64,000 nucleotides of DNA from an uncultured Planctomycetota bacterium (GCA_963845755.1 CAWJTV010000027.1:224001-288000); one strand, 5' to 3'. Numbered from the stretch's first letter, positions 1 to 9,972 are shown. Numbers and translations: made by a program. Notes: generated by a model from the letters alone, not told the origin.

Positions 1-3000
1 TCGCGCGTCAACACGTGAAGCCGGTCGTCGTACCAGACCAGCAGCTCGTCGCGGCCGTCCCCGTTGACGTCGGCGACCCTCGAGAGGTTCGAGTTCTGGG
101 GGAGTTCGCGGCTCCGGATTTCCTTGCCGTTTCCATCCAAGATGAGAATGCGGCCCCGGCCCTTGGGATCGATATCGTTCAGACAGACGTTCGGCGGCCC
201 GTCACCCTCGAAATGCGCAAGGCGGAGCCATGCGTAAGCCGCGGGCATCGCCTGTTCCGGGGCACCGCCGTTCCAGGTCCAGCGGACCGTACCGTCGCGG
301 CCCTCCAGCGCCTTGATCGCGAACGCCTGCAGTTCCCCGGCCGCCGGCTGCTCAGTGACGACGACTTCGGGCCGGTTGTCCCCGTCCAGATCGGCGACGG
401 CGAGCTGAGGACTATTCTGGAAGGGGTTCTTGAAGTCGAGACGGAGCGACCAGAGCAAACGGCCGTCGCGGAGCGAGACCGCCTTCAGCTCATGGTCGAG
501 GTTCCCGGTTCCGGGCGAACCGAGGACGGCCATCACGACGTCGAGGGCGCCGTCGCCGTCCAGGTCGCCGAAGCCGGGCGGGGCGACATATCCCACTTGA
601 TTCGCCTCTTGCTGCTCGCTGAGGGGGATGTCCCAGAGGATTCGTCCATCGCGTCCCGAGACGCGTGCCAGCCGGGGCTTGGTGGGGCCCGCCGGAGCCG
701 TCATCGGACGTGACGGCAGGAACGGGCTACCGTGCCGCACGAAGACGTCCGGGGCGCCGTGCGGTTCGACGATGCGCGCCTCGACCCATTGGATGATCGA
801 GTAACCGTACGCCTGGAATCCCAGCGGCAAGGGGCCCGCCGACCAGAGCCATCGTCCGGTGCGGCCGGAGAGCACCTGGAGGGGCAACGTCGCGGCCTGC
901 TTGATTTCCAGTGTCCCGGGCTGTCCCGGGTATTTCTGCACGAACACCTCGGGCGTCCCATCGCCGTCGAGGTCGCCGGCCGGAAGCGGCTGGGTGGTCA
1001 GGTTGTAAGACTGTCCATGGTCGCGTTCGTACCAGATCCGCCGGGGATCGAGGTCGGTCTTCCAGAGGATGCGCCCGTCGCGGCCCGAGCGGGCGACGGC
1101 CGTCCGGCTGCCCGACGGCCCACTCGCCGATGCGCCGACCTGTCGGAATCCCTCGTCGAGAGACGGACCCAACGCGTGGCTGGCGATGGCATCCATCGCC
1201 GTCTGGTAGGGGGCCTTGGGAGTGGAGATCAGCGTATCGGCGATGCCGTCGCCATCCAGATCGGCGGCCGGTGGGACGAAGTCCGTGGCCCACCGAGGAT
1301 ACTCGCGGGCCGCGGCGAATGAACCGAGGGCGCGCCAGGCTTCGGGCGCCTCGCCGCGGAACGCCCGGAGCTGTCCGTCGGCCTCACCCCAGAGGTCGGT
1401 GATGCCGTCGCCGTCCAGGTCGTCGGTGCCGGCCTTGCCCAGCCCGACGGCCGTGGAGACGATCCGCCCCGTCGAGGCCTCCAGGTTCTGGACGATCGGC
1501 GGAACGGCGTTGGGATCGAAGCCGAAGGACGAACCCTGGCCGCCGATGGGAACGGCCAGCAGCGGCCAGCCGTCGGGCCCGCGGCCCCACCAGCGGAGCG
1601 GCCAGATCCGCGCGGACTTATCGGTCGGATGATCCTGGTGCCACCACCAGAGCGGACGGCCGTCCTTCCCCGAGAACGCGTCCACGTAGCTCCGCTCCGG
1701 TACCGGTGGCGTCCCATTGTTGGTGGTGATCAGGTATCGGCCCAGGAAGAACGAGGTCGTGACCAGATCGCGGACACCGTCGTGGTCGAGGTCGGGCGCA
1801 TCGAGGATCTGCAACAGCCCATCCGCGCCCTTGGTCTCCGGGCGCATCGGCCGGACCCATCGCGTCCGCCCGGAAGGACCGTCCAGCATCCGCACGCCCC
1901 GGTAGCCATCTCCGGGCGGCATCGGGCCGGTGTCGGGGACCACGACCTCGGATCGGCCGTCGCCGTCGAGGTCGACGACCAGGGGCCAATCCGGCTGCGT
2001 GGTCTGGTCGAGCGAATTCTCATACTTCACAGTCACCGGCGCCGACCAGAGCGGCCGACCCGTGCCGAGCGCGAACGCGGTCAGCATCTGAGAATTGCCC
2101 GCCTGGCCCGGCCCCATCGCCAGGATCTCGGGCTCGCCGTCGCCATCGAGGTCCGCATACTGGACCGGTCCGACGGGCACGAACCCCAGGTCGATCGAGG
2201 TCCCGAGCGGCTTGCCGGTCGCCGGGTCGAGGCGCATCCACTGCGCGCCGTCGATGTACGTCACCATCGCCGGCTTCCGGCCGGGCACCACCGTGGCCGA
2301 CCGGCTCCAGGTGGGGTGTGAATACGTCGTGAAGGTCGGGTCGACCGGGTCACTCCACAGCCTGCGACCGGTCCGGCCCGAAATGGCCTGGATCACCCGC
2401 CGGGCCAGGGACTGCCGACGCCGACGGCCTACCGCTTGGGCTCCCGGCGGGGACGGCGATCGTTGCTCGGTCTCCGTGGGAAGCTGGTAATAGACGATCG
2501 TGGCGACCAGGTCCGATGCGCCATCACCGTCGAGATCCGCCACAGCGGGTGTACCGACGATGAAGGCGGTCCTGCTGACCGGGCTGAGCGGGCCGGGTAA
2601 TCCGGGATCGGCGGAGGGGGGCCCGCCCGGGCCGTCGAGCTCGAGGACATGCTCCCAGAGCACGGACCCCGTCCCGCCCGACATGGCCAGGACGCGAGGT
2701 CATGTCGGCGAGAGACCCAGAGCAGGTCGCCGGTGCCATCGCCGTCCAGGTCCGGCGCGGGTCGGACGAGCCGAAGGGTTTGCCGGTAATCTCGCAGACG
2801 GCGCAGGCGGTCTGCTTCGTCTTGGTGGTTTTTCCGGAGGATGGAGGGCCGGGAGGAGTCCCAGACGGTCGTCCCGGTCCCACCGTCGCGGCGGATGATG
2901 GCCTGGGCGCCCAACTCGACCACGTCGGCCTTGCCGGGCGTCAGCTCGATCGCCACCGTGATAGGGGCGAAGGGGAGCGGCTCCTCTCGGGTTTTTTCCT

Positions 3001-3501
3001 GGTTGCCCATCCGAGGAACCGGCTCCCTTCCCAGCAAGCGGCCTTCTTCCAGCGAGAGCGCAGTGCGTTCGCGCCTCGCCCCGATTGACGGCGAACCGGT
3101 AGGTCCGGCCGAGCCGCCCCACGCCGTGGACGCGGAGCCGGTAATCGCCGTCGGGCAGGGCCAGGATCCGAGCGCGTCGCCACGGTGAACGGATCGCCCA
3201 GCGGCTCCTCACCCGACTCGGGCAGCACCTGGGCCGTCAACGGCGGGCCGTCGTTGGTCAACTCGATCCAGCCCAGCCGCCAATCGGAATAGAATCGCGA
3301 GGCGGCCGCCCAGACGAGCATCACCAGCAGCGTGGTGGCGACGGTCACGGCCGTGATGCGAACGGCGTCCCTCCGCGCCCGCAGGGGCTCCCACAGACGC
3401 AAGGCGGCGCGGTTGTGGTGGACCTCGATGGGATGGCCGTCCCCGGTATCGCGGGAATCGGCCGTGCGCGACGGTTCGCGCGTGGCATCCGGCTCGTTCA
3501 T
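1..3501 (-). CDS. Large membrane-anchored FG-GAP/VCBS-repeat (DxDGDG) protein; frameshifted, runs off the window start
   Basis: N-terminal TM segment (ITAVTVATTLLVMLVWAAA) and more than ten DLDGDG-type motifs on the minus strand (e.g. DLDGDGTGDLLW), spread across frames. Confidence 0.7.
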
Positions 3502-3527
3502 GCTCGGGTATCCCCTGTCCGTCCCAT

Positions 3528-3586
3528 GTCGGTCAAGCTTTCCGGCCCGACGAGCCCTTGCCGTCAGGCTGGAAAGCCTGACCTAC
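3528..3586. repeat. Inverted REP doublet, second family (GTAGGTCAGGCTTTCCAGCCTGAC)
   Basis: 3563-3586 GTCAGGCTGGAAAGCCTGACCTAC is a hairpin plus CTAC; 3528-3551 GTCGGTCAAGCTTTCCGGCCCGAC matches its reverse complement at 20/24. Confidence 0.7.
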
Positions 3587-3623
3587 TTTCTTGCCAACGT
3601 AGTATACTGTCAGGCGGTGAGGG

Positions 3624-6600
3624 TTGGGAAAGCGCCGGGGACATCGCGTGCTGCGGGAGGATGGCCGTGGGTTGGAACGCGCTCGTAGTGCTGGCCGTGG
3701 TTGGGTTCGGGGAACCCGCGCCCGCGCGGGATCGACGACGGAGCCGGCCGCCTCGCCGGTCGAATTCAACCGCGACATCCGACCGATCTTGTCGGACACC
3801 TGTTATCCGTGTCACGGCCCCGACTCGGCCCGGCGCAAGGCCAACCTGCGGTTCGATCAGGAATCGTCGGCCCGCGCCGATCGGGACGGCGTCCGCGCAA
3901 TCGTCCCGAGTGATCTCGATGCCAGCGAGCTCTATCAACGGATCACCGCCGAGGACGTCGACCGGCACATGCCGCCGGCAAAATCCGGCAAGTCGCTCGA
4001 TGCGAAGCAGATCAATCTGATCCGTCGATGGATCGCCGAGGGGGCGAAGTGGCAGCCGCACTGGGCCTTTATTCCCCCGAGGCAGCCCGCGGCCCCGCTT
4101 ATCCAGCACCAAGCCTGGGTGCGCAATCCGATCGATGCCTTCATCGTCGCGCGGCTGGAACGCGCGGGGCTCGCGCCGTCGCCCGAGGCGGGGCGGGGCA
4201 TCTTGCTCCGGCGCGTGACGCTCGACCTGACCGGCCTGCCGCCGAGTCGCGCCGAGCTCGCGGCGTTCGAGGGCGACACCGATCCGAACGCCTATGAGAA
4301 GGCCGTCGATCGCCTGCTGGCCTCGCCCCGATTCGGCGAGCGGATGGCGATCCGCTGGCTCAACGCCGCGCGTTACGCCGACACCAACGGCTATCAGACC
4401 GACGCGCCGCGGTTCATGTGGCGATGGCGCGACTGGGTCATCGACGCCTATAACCGCGGCATGCCGTTCGACCGGTTCACGATCGAGCAACTGGCCGGCG
4501 ACCTGTTTCCCGTCGCCACGCTCGACCAGAAGATCGCCACCGGCTTCAACCGCAACCACCGCGGCAACGCCGAGGGCGGGATCATCCCCGAGGAATACGC
4601 GGTCGAGTACGTCGTCGATCGGGTCGACACCACCGCGACCGTATGGCTGGGCCTGACGGTCGGCTGCGCCCGATGCCATAGCCACAAGTTCGACCCGATC
4701 TCGCAGGAAGACTATTATCGCCTCTTCGCCTTCTTCAACAACGTCCCCGAGAACGGGCGGGCGCTCAAGTACGGCAATTCGCCGCCGACCATCGCGGCAC
4801 CCACTCGCAGCCAGCAAGAACAGCTCGACGCACTCCGGCGCAGGCTGGCGGACAAGGAACAGCAGGTCCGAGCCCGAGAGCCGGCGATCGCCGCGGCCCA
4901 GGCCGTCTGGGAGACGTCGATCCTCGGACGTTCGGCATTCGACGACCTCCGGGACGATCACCTCGTCGTTCATCTCGGCTTCGACGAGGATTGCGAGGCC
5001 ACGGGATTGGCCGGGCCCAGGCCGCATTTCCGCGAGGGCCGAGCCCACTTCACGCCCGGTCCGGTGGGATCGGCGATCGCGCTCGACGGCCGCGGTTATC
5101 TCGATGTCGGGAATGTCGCCGCCTTCGGATTCTACGACAAGTTCACGCTCGCCGCGTGGATCAAGCCCGAGGGCGCGCGCGGCGGAGTCATCATCTCGCG
5201 GATGGTCGAGGAATCCCAGGGCGAGGGTTACAGCGTCGTCCTCGACCGGGGCAAGATCCAGGTCAACCTGGTCAAGCGCTGGCTGGATGACGCGATCCGC
5301 GTCGAGACGAAGGCCGCGGTCACACCCGGCGCCTGGACGCACGTCGCGGTCACTTATGACGGCTCGCGAGTTGCCGGCGGGATCAAGATCACTCTCAATG
5401 GTCAGCCCTTGCTATTCACCGTACTTCTGGATGAGTTGAATCAATCGTTCCAGACGAAGGAGCCGTTGCGGATCGGGGCCGGAGGGGGGCCCGGGAATCG
5501 ATTCCCGGGTGCGATCGATGAGGCGAGCGTCTTCGATCGGGCGCTCGATGCCGACGAGATCTCGGTCCTCGCCACGCGCGAGTCGGTCGCGGAGATCGCC
5601 GCGATTCCGCGCGAACGGCGAACGGGCGGCCAGTCGCGGAAGATCCGTCAGGGCTTCCTGGCGACCGAGGCGCCGGCCTCGATCAAGTTGTCGATGATCG
5701 TGCGCGATTCCGCGCGGGCGGAGCTCGACGAATTGATCGAGCACATTCCCACGACGATGGTGATGGAGGAGATGCCGGCCCCGCGCCCGAGCTACGTCCT
5801 GGTCCGGGGACAATACGATCATCGTGGGCCTCGGGTCGAGGCCGGCGTTCCGAAGACGATCGGGGCCTGGCCCGCGGATCGGAAGCCCGACCGGCTCGGG
5901 CTGGCGCGATGGCTCGTGGACCCGGCCAATCCGCTGTCGGCGCGCGTGGCGGTCAACCGCGACTGGCAGATGCTCTTCGGCAATGGGCTGGTCCGCACCG
6001 TGGAGGACTTCGGCGCGCAGGGGGAGCCCCCGAGTCACCCCGAACTCCTCGACTGGCTGGCGACCGAGCTCGTCCGTTCGGGCTGGGATACCAAGGCGAT
6101 GCTCCGCCTCATCGTCACGAGTGCGACATATCGGCAGTCGTCGCGCGTCACGCCCGAGGGTCTCCGCCACGACCCGGAGAACCGCCTGCTCGCGCGCGGG
6201 CCGAGGCTCCGGCTCCCCGCCGAGATGATTCGCGACCAGGCGTTATCCCTGGCGGGACAACTGGTCGAGCGGGTCGGCGGGCCGTCGGTGAAGCCGTACC
6301 AGCCGCCGGGTTTGTGGAACGAGCTGGCGGACGCCGATTATGTCCAGGACCACGGGCCCGATCTGTATCGCCGGGGACTCTACACGTTCTGGAAGCGGAC
6401 CGTCCCGCCGCCCGCGATGGTGGCCTTCGACGCACCGGGGCGCGAGACGTGCATCGTCCGCGAGGTCCGGACCGATACACCGCTCCAGGCGCTCAATGTC
6501 CTGAATGACGTGACGTTCGTGGAAGCCGCCCGGGCCTTCGCCGAGCGGATCATGAGGGACGTTGAGGCGACGCCCGCAGCCCGGCTCGCCTCGGCCTTTT

Positions 6601-6824
6601 TTGCCGCGACCGCCCGGCGGCCGACGGCCGCGGAGGTGAACATCTTGCTCGCCGGCTTCGAGGACCAGTTGGGCCGATTCCGTCGCGACCCCAAGGCGGC
6701 CGGCGCCCTGATCCGCGCCGGCGAGTCGTTGCCCGACCCGCGGCTCGACCCCTGCGAGCTGGCGGCGTACACCACGGTCGCGCAATTGATCCTCAACCTT
6801 GACGAGACGATCACCAAGGAGTAA
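3624..6824 (+). CDS. Planctomycete cytochrome c (PSCyt1) / DUF1549 / LamG / DUF1553 (PSD1) protein
   Basis: VEFNRDIRPILSDTCYPCHGPD, HWAFIPP, NPIDAF, CARCHSHKFDPI, LamG-like WTHVAVTYDG, TPLQAL, C-terminal ILNLDETITKE; a signal peptide in another frame near 3661 suggests an N-terminal frameshift. Confidence 0.92.
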   Translation: MGKRRGHRVLREDGRGLERARSAGRGWVRGTRARAGSTTEPAASPVEFNRDIRPILSDTCYPCHGPDSARRKANLRFDQESSARADRDGVRAIVPSDLDASELYQRITAEDVDRHMPPAKSGKSLDAKQINLIRRWIAEGAKWQPHWAFIPPRQPAAPLIQHQAWVRNPIDAFIVARLERAGLAPSPEAGRGILLRRVTLDLTGLPPSRAELAAFEGDTDPNAYEKAVDRLLASPRFGERMAIRWLNAARYADTNGYQTDAPRFMWRWRDWVIDAYNRGMPFDRFTIEQLAGDLFPVATLDQKIATGFNRNHRGNAEGGIIPEEYAVEYVVDRVDTTATVWLGLTVGCARCHSHKFDPISQEDYYRLFAFFNNVPENGRALKYGNSPPTIAAPTRSQQEQLDALRRRLADKEQQVRAREPAIAAAQAVWETSILGRSAFDDLRDDHLVVHLGFDEDCEATGLAGPRPHFREGRAHFTPGPVGSAIALDGRGYLDVGNVAAFGFYDKFTLAAWIKPEGARGGVIISRMVEESQGEGYSVVLDRGKIQVNLVKRWLDDAIRVETKAAVTPGAWTHVAVTYDGSRVAGGIKITLNGQPLLFTVLLDELNQSFQTKEPLRIGAGGGPGNRFPGAIDEASVFDRALDADEISVLATRESVAEIAAIPRERRTGGQSRKIRQGFLATEAPASIKLSMIVRDSARAELDELIEHIPTTMVMEEMPAPRPSYVLVRGQYDHRGPRVEAGVPKTIGAWPADRKPDRLGLARWLVDPANPLSARVAVNRDWQMLFGNGLVRTVEDFGAQGEPPSHPELLDWLATELVRSGWDTKAMLRLIVTSATYRQSSRVTPEGLRHDPENRLLARGPRLRLPAEMIRDQALSLAGQLVERVGGPSVKPYQPPGLWNELADADYVQDHGPDLYRRGLYTFWKRTVPPPAMVAFDAPGRETCIVREVRTDTPLQALNVLNDVTFVEAARAFAERIMRDVEATPAARLASAFFAATARRPTAAEVNILLAGFEDQLGRFRRDPKAAGALIRAGESLPDPRLDPCELAAYTTVAQLILNLDETITKE

Positions 6825-6826
6825 CC
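6809..6826 (+). repeat. Left copy of 18-bp direct repeat GATCACCAAGGAGTAACC flanking the RAYT cassette
   Basis: Identical to 7819-7836; contains the PSD1 stop codon and AAGGAG. Confidence 0.95.
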
Positions 6827-6827
6827 C

Positions 6828-6946
6828 TTGCCATCGTAGGGTGCTCTGTGAGCACCAATTTGCCATCGTAGGGTGCTCTGTGAGCACCAATTTGCCATCG
6901 TAGGGTGCTCTGTGAGCACCAATTTGCCATCGTAGGGTGCACCAAT
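6828..6946 (+). repeat. Left tandem REP array, 32-bp period: GTAG-GGTGCTC-TGT-GAGCACC with linker AATTTGCCATC
   Basis: REPs at 6836-6856, 6868-6888 and 6900-6920; fourth copy 6932-6943 (GTAGGGTGCACC) lacks 9 internal nt. Confidence 0.97.
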
Positions 6947-6963
6947 TTTTGATTGTCATTCCT

Positions 6964-7533
6964 ATGTCAGATTATCGCCGCTATTTCGCTCCCGGTGGTT
7001 CGTTCTTTTTCACAGTCGTGACGCAAGGGCGCGCCGCGATACTGACCGTCCCCGATGCCAGAGCGATCCTTCACGAAGCTTTCGCGGAATGCCGGCGGCG
7101 CTGGTCGTTCCGGATGGACGCGAACGTTCTTCTCCCGGAGCACCTTCATGCAATCTGGTCTCTTCCCCGAGGAGACGACTGTTACCCGCTGCGATGGGCT
7201 TTCATCAAGAAGGAGTTCACCAAAAGATGGCTACAAACGGGTGGAAGCGAAAAACCAGTCGGTCCTGAGAGAAGGGGACGCCGACGGCGAGGTGTCTGGC
7301 AACCGCGCTATTGGGAACATCTCATTCGCGATGAGGATGATTTTGAACGACATATGGAATACATCCATTACAACCCTGTCAAACATGGACTTGTGGAATG
7401 CCCTCGAGATTGGCCATTCTCCTCTTTCCATAGGTGGGTCCGGCTCGGAGCCTATCATCCGGATTGGGGTTGTGGCTGTCGCGATGCACAGATATTCCGA
7501 TTCGACGACATTGAAAGAACCGCGATGGAATGA
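6964..7533 (+). CDS. rayT: REP-associated tyrosine transposase (RAYT/TnpA-REP, HUH Y1 family)
   Basis: MSDYRRYFAPGGSFFFTVVT N-terminus, HUH motif LPEHLHAIW, WQPRYWEHLIRDEDD, catalytic YIHYNPVKHG, DWPFSSFHR; flanked by GTAG REPs; visibly lower GC than flanks. Confidence 0.95.
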   Translation: MSDYRRYFAPGGSFFFTVVTQGRAAILTVPDARAILHEAFAECRRRWSFRMDANVLLPEHLHAIWSLPRGDDCYPLRWAFIKKEFTKRWLQTGGSEKPVGPERRGRRRRGVWQPRYWEHLIRDEDDFERHMEYIHYNPVKHGLVECPRDWPFSSFHRWVRLGAYHPDWGCGCRDAQIFRFDDIERTAME

Positions 7534-7539
7534 AGACGA

Positions 7540-7813
7540 CTACGAGAGGATCGGTGCTCACAGAGCACCCTACGAGAGGATCGGTGCTCACAGAGCACCC
7601 TACGAGAGGATCGGTGCTCACAGAGCACCCTACGAGAGGATCGGTGCTCACAGAGCACCCTACGAGAGGATCGGTGCTCACAGAGCACCCTACGAGAGGA
7701 TCGGTGCTCACAGAGCACCCTACGAGAGGATCGGTGCTCACAGAGCACCCTACGAGAGGATCGGTGCTCACAGAGCACCCTACGAGAGGATCGGTGCTCA
7801 CAGAGCACCCTAC
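7540..7813 (-). repeat. Right tandem REP array: 9 perfect 30-bp units, reverse orientation
   Basis: GGTGCTCACAGAGCACCCTAC (reverse complement of the left REP) starts at 7553, 7583 ... 7793, separated by identical GAGAGGATC linkers; extra CTAC at 7540-7543. Confidence 0.98.
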
Positions 7814-7818
7814 AAGAG

Positions 7819-7836
7819 GATCACCAAGGAGTAACC
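7819..7836 (+). repeat. Right copy of the 18-bp direct repeat; supplies the SD for the DUF1501 gene
   Basis: GATCACCAAGGAGTAACC followed by GCT and the GTG start at 7840. Confidence 0.95.
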
Positions 7837-7839
7837 GCT

Positions 7840-9302
7840 GTGAGCCCGCTCGTCGAACGACTCCAACTCCAGACGCGCCGGCACTTCTTCGGCCGGGCCA
7901 GCACGGGCCTGGGGACGATCGCGCTGGCCTCGCTGTTCAATGGCAGCCTCGACGCCGCCGAGGGAGGGCCGAATCGATCGGGGGCCGGAGTGGACGGTTT
8001 CCCCAACTTCGCACCCAAGGCCAAGCGGGTGATCTATCTGTTCCAGTCGGGCGCACCCTCGCAGATGGACCTGTTCGACGAGAAACCCGTGCTCCCGCGC
8101 CTCCAGGGTACCGAGTTGCCGGACTCGATCCGGATGGGTCAGCGGCTGACGGGCATGACCTCGCGTCAGGATCGGTTCCCGGTCGCGGCGAGCCGGTTTC
8201 GGTTCGCCCGTCATGGTCAGAGCGGAGCGGCGGTCAGCGACTTGCTGCCTTACACCGCGAGCGTGGTCGATGAGCTTTGCTTCATCAAGTCGATGCACAC
8301 CGAGGCGATCAATCACGACCCCGCCGTCACCTTCTTCCAGACCGGGGCCCAGCTTGCCGGCCGGCCCAGCATCGGCGCCTGGATCTCTTACGGCCTGGGG
8401 AGCGAGACCCACGAGCTGCCCGCGTTCGTCGTCATGATTTCCCAGGGCTCGGGGAACCCCAACGATCAGCCGCTCTACGACCGGCTGTGGGGGAGCGGGT
8501 TCCTGCCGACCACCTATCAAGGGATCAAGTTCCGCTCGCAGGGCGACCCGGTACTGTATCTCTCGGATCCGCCCGGCCTGTCGTCCGCGGCGCGCCGGCG
8601 GATGCTCGACGACCTGGCCCGGCTCGATACGCTGAATCATCGGACCTTCGGCGATCCGGAGATCCTCACGCGGATCGCCCAGTATGAGATGGCGTACCGG
8701 ATGCAGACCTCGGTACCCGAGCTGACCGATCTCTCCGGCGAGCCCGACTCGGTCTTTCAACTCTATGGCCCCGACGCGCCCGGCCCGGGACCTATGCCGC
8801 CAACTGCCTGCTGGCGCGGCGCCTGGCCGAGCGGGGCGTGCGCTTCATCCAGCTCTTCCACCGCGGCTGGGACCAGCACACGCACCTGCCCAAGCAGATC
8901 GCCGGCCAGTGCCGCGATACCGACCAAGCCTCTGCGGCCCTGGTGCGCGATCTCAAACAGCGCGGGATGCTCGAGGAGACGTTGGTCGTCTGGGGCGGCG
9001 AGTTCGGCCGGACCGTCTATTGCCAGGGCCGCTTGACCGCCGAGGACTACGGCCGCGACCATCATCCCCGCTGCTTCACCGTCTGGCTGGCCGGCGGGGG
9101 CATCCAGCCCGGCATCACCCACGGCGCGACCGACGACTACGGGTACAACGTCGTCCAGGACCCGGTCCACGTCCACGACCTGCACGCCACGATCCTGCAT
9201 TGCCTGGGCATCGAGCACACCAAGCTGACCGTCAAGTATCAGGGGAGGCATCACCGACTGACCGACGTGCACGGTACGGTGGTGAAGACGATCCTGGCGT
9301 GA
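7840..9302 (+). CDS. DUF1501 family protein (Tat-like N-terminus); frameshift near 8780
   Basis: [32 protein letters not shown], then [30 protein letters not shown]; usual partner of PSD1 genes. Confidence 0.92.
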
Positions 9303-9362
9303 GCGGTGCGCTCGCTTGCCCGCCCGCCTCTTGGTCCCGTCCGAACGTAGGAATTCCTACAA

Positions 9363-9662
9363 TCAATAATAATATCGGGCCTGGAGAAACTCGACGCGGT
9401 CGCCTTTGATGAGGTAGACGAGGCGATGCTCTCCCGCAATCCGCCGGGACCACGTACCGGCCATCTCATGCTTCAGCGGCTCGGGTTTGCCTAGACCGGT
9501 GAACGGCTCACGGAGCGTAGCTTCGACCAGCTCCAGGACGCGGAAGGCGATTCGGCGGTCAGTCTCGATCCTGAAGCGCAGGTCCTCGCGAAACCTCGAA
9601 TTGAATTCAGCGGCGAGGGGGCCACGCGGTGGTTTCTTCGGTGGCCCATCAGGTTTCTTCAA
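9363..9662 (-). CDS. yoeB: Txe/YoeB family toxin
   Basis: PFTGLGKPEPLKH, WSRRIAGEHRLVY, LQARYYY; probable TTG start overlapping the antitoxin end. Confidence 0.9.
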   Translation of the reverse strand: MKKPDGPPKKPPRGPLAAEFNSRFREDLRFRIETDRRIAFRVLELVEATLREPFTGLGKPEPLKHEMAGTWSRRIAGEHRLVYLIKGDRVEFLQARYYY

Positions 9663-9933
9663 GGCCGAACTCCCGGCGAAGGTCCTCCACCGTTTCCGGG
9701 GGAAGATTCCGGCTTCGGGCTTCCGCGAGAGCCTCCAAGAGCCGTTGAGCATTCTTGGGAGAGCGGAGCAAGTGGGCCGTCTCCAGCAAGCCGCGCAGTT
9801 CATCGGCGGCGATCAGCATGACATCCTCGGCACCTCGCCGGTGAATGATGATGGGCTCTCGCGAAGAGCTCGCCTCATCGCAGAGGGCCGCGAGATGGGC
9901 ACGCGCGTGGCTGTAGGTTGTCTCGGTCGGCAT
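9649..9933 (-). CDS. yefM: Phd/YefM family antitoxin
   Basis: TYSHARAHLA, PIIIHRRG, LETAHLLRSPKNAQRL; GGAGG SD upstream. Confidence 0.9.
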   Translation of the reverse strand: MPTETTYSHARAHLAALCDEASSSREPIIIHRRGAEDVMLIAADELRGLLETAHLLRSPKNAQRLLEALAEARSRNLPPETVEDLRREFGLEET

Positions 9934-9948
9934 AGAAGGTCCTCCGGT

Positions 9949-9972
9949 ATATTGTACAGGAATATTGTACAA
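9949..9972. promoter_or_regulatory. Putative YefM-YoeB autoregulatory operator (two TGTACA palindromes)
   Basis: ATATTGTACA direct repeat, TGTACA at 9953-9958 and 9966-9971; paired TGTACA cores are the known E. coli yefM operator. Confidence 0.75.

Noticed and set aside
15..5342. Long antisense or alternative-frame ORFs (e.g. 15..713, 3564..5342)
   Set aside because: Shadow ORFs typical of high-GC coding DNA, overlapping better-supported genes
7540..7813. CRISPR array
   Set aside because: Linkers are identical 9-mers rather than unique spacers, no cas genes are present, and the repeat is a GTAG REP beside a RAYT
7055..8273. ORFs with ERIGAHRAPY / TRGSVLTEHP decapeptide repeats
   Set aside because: Translation by-products of a stop-free 30-bp DNA repeat
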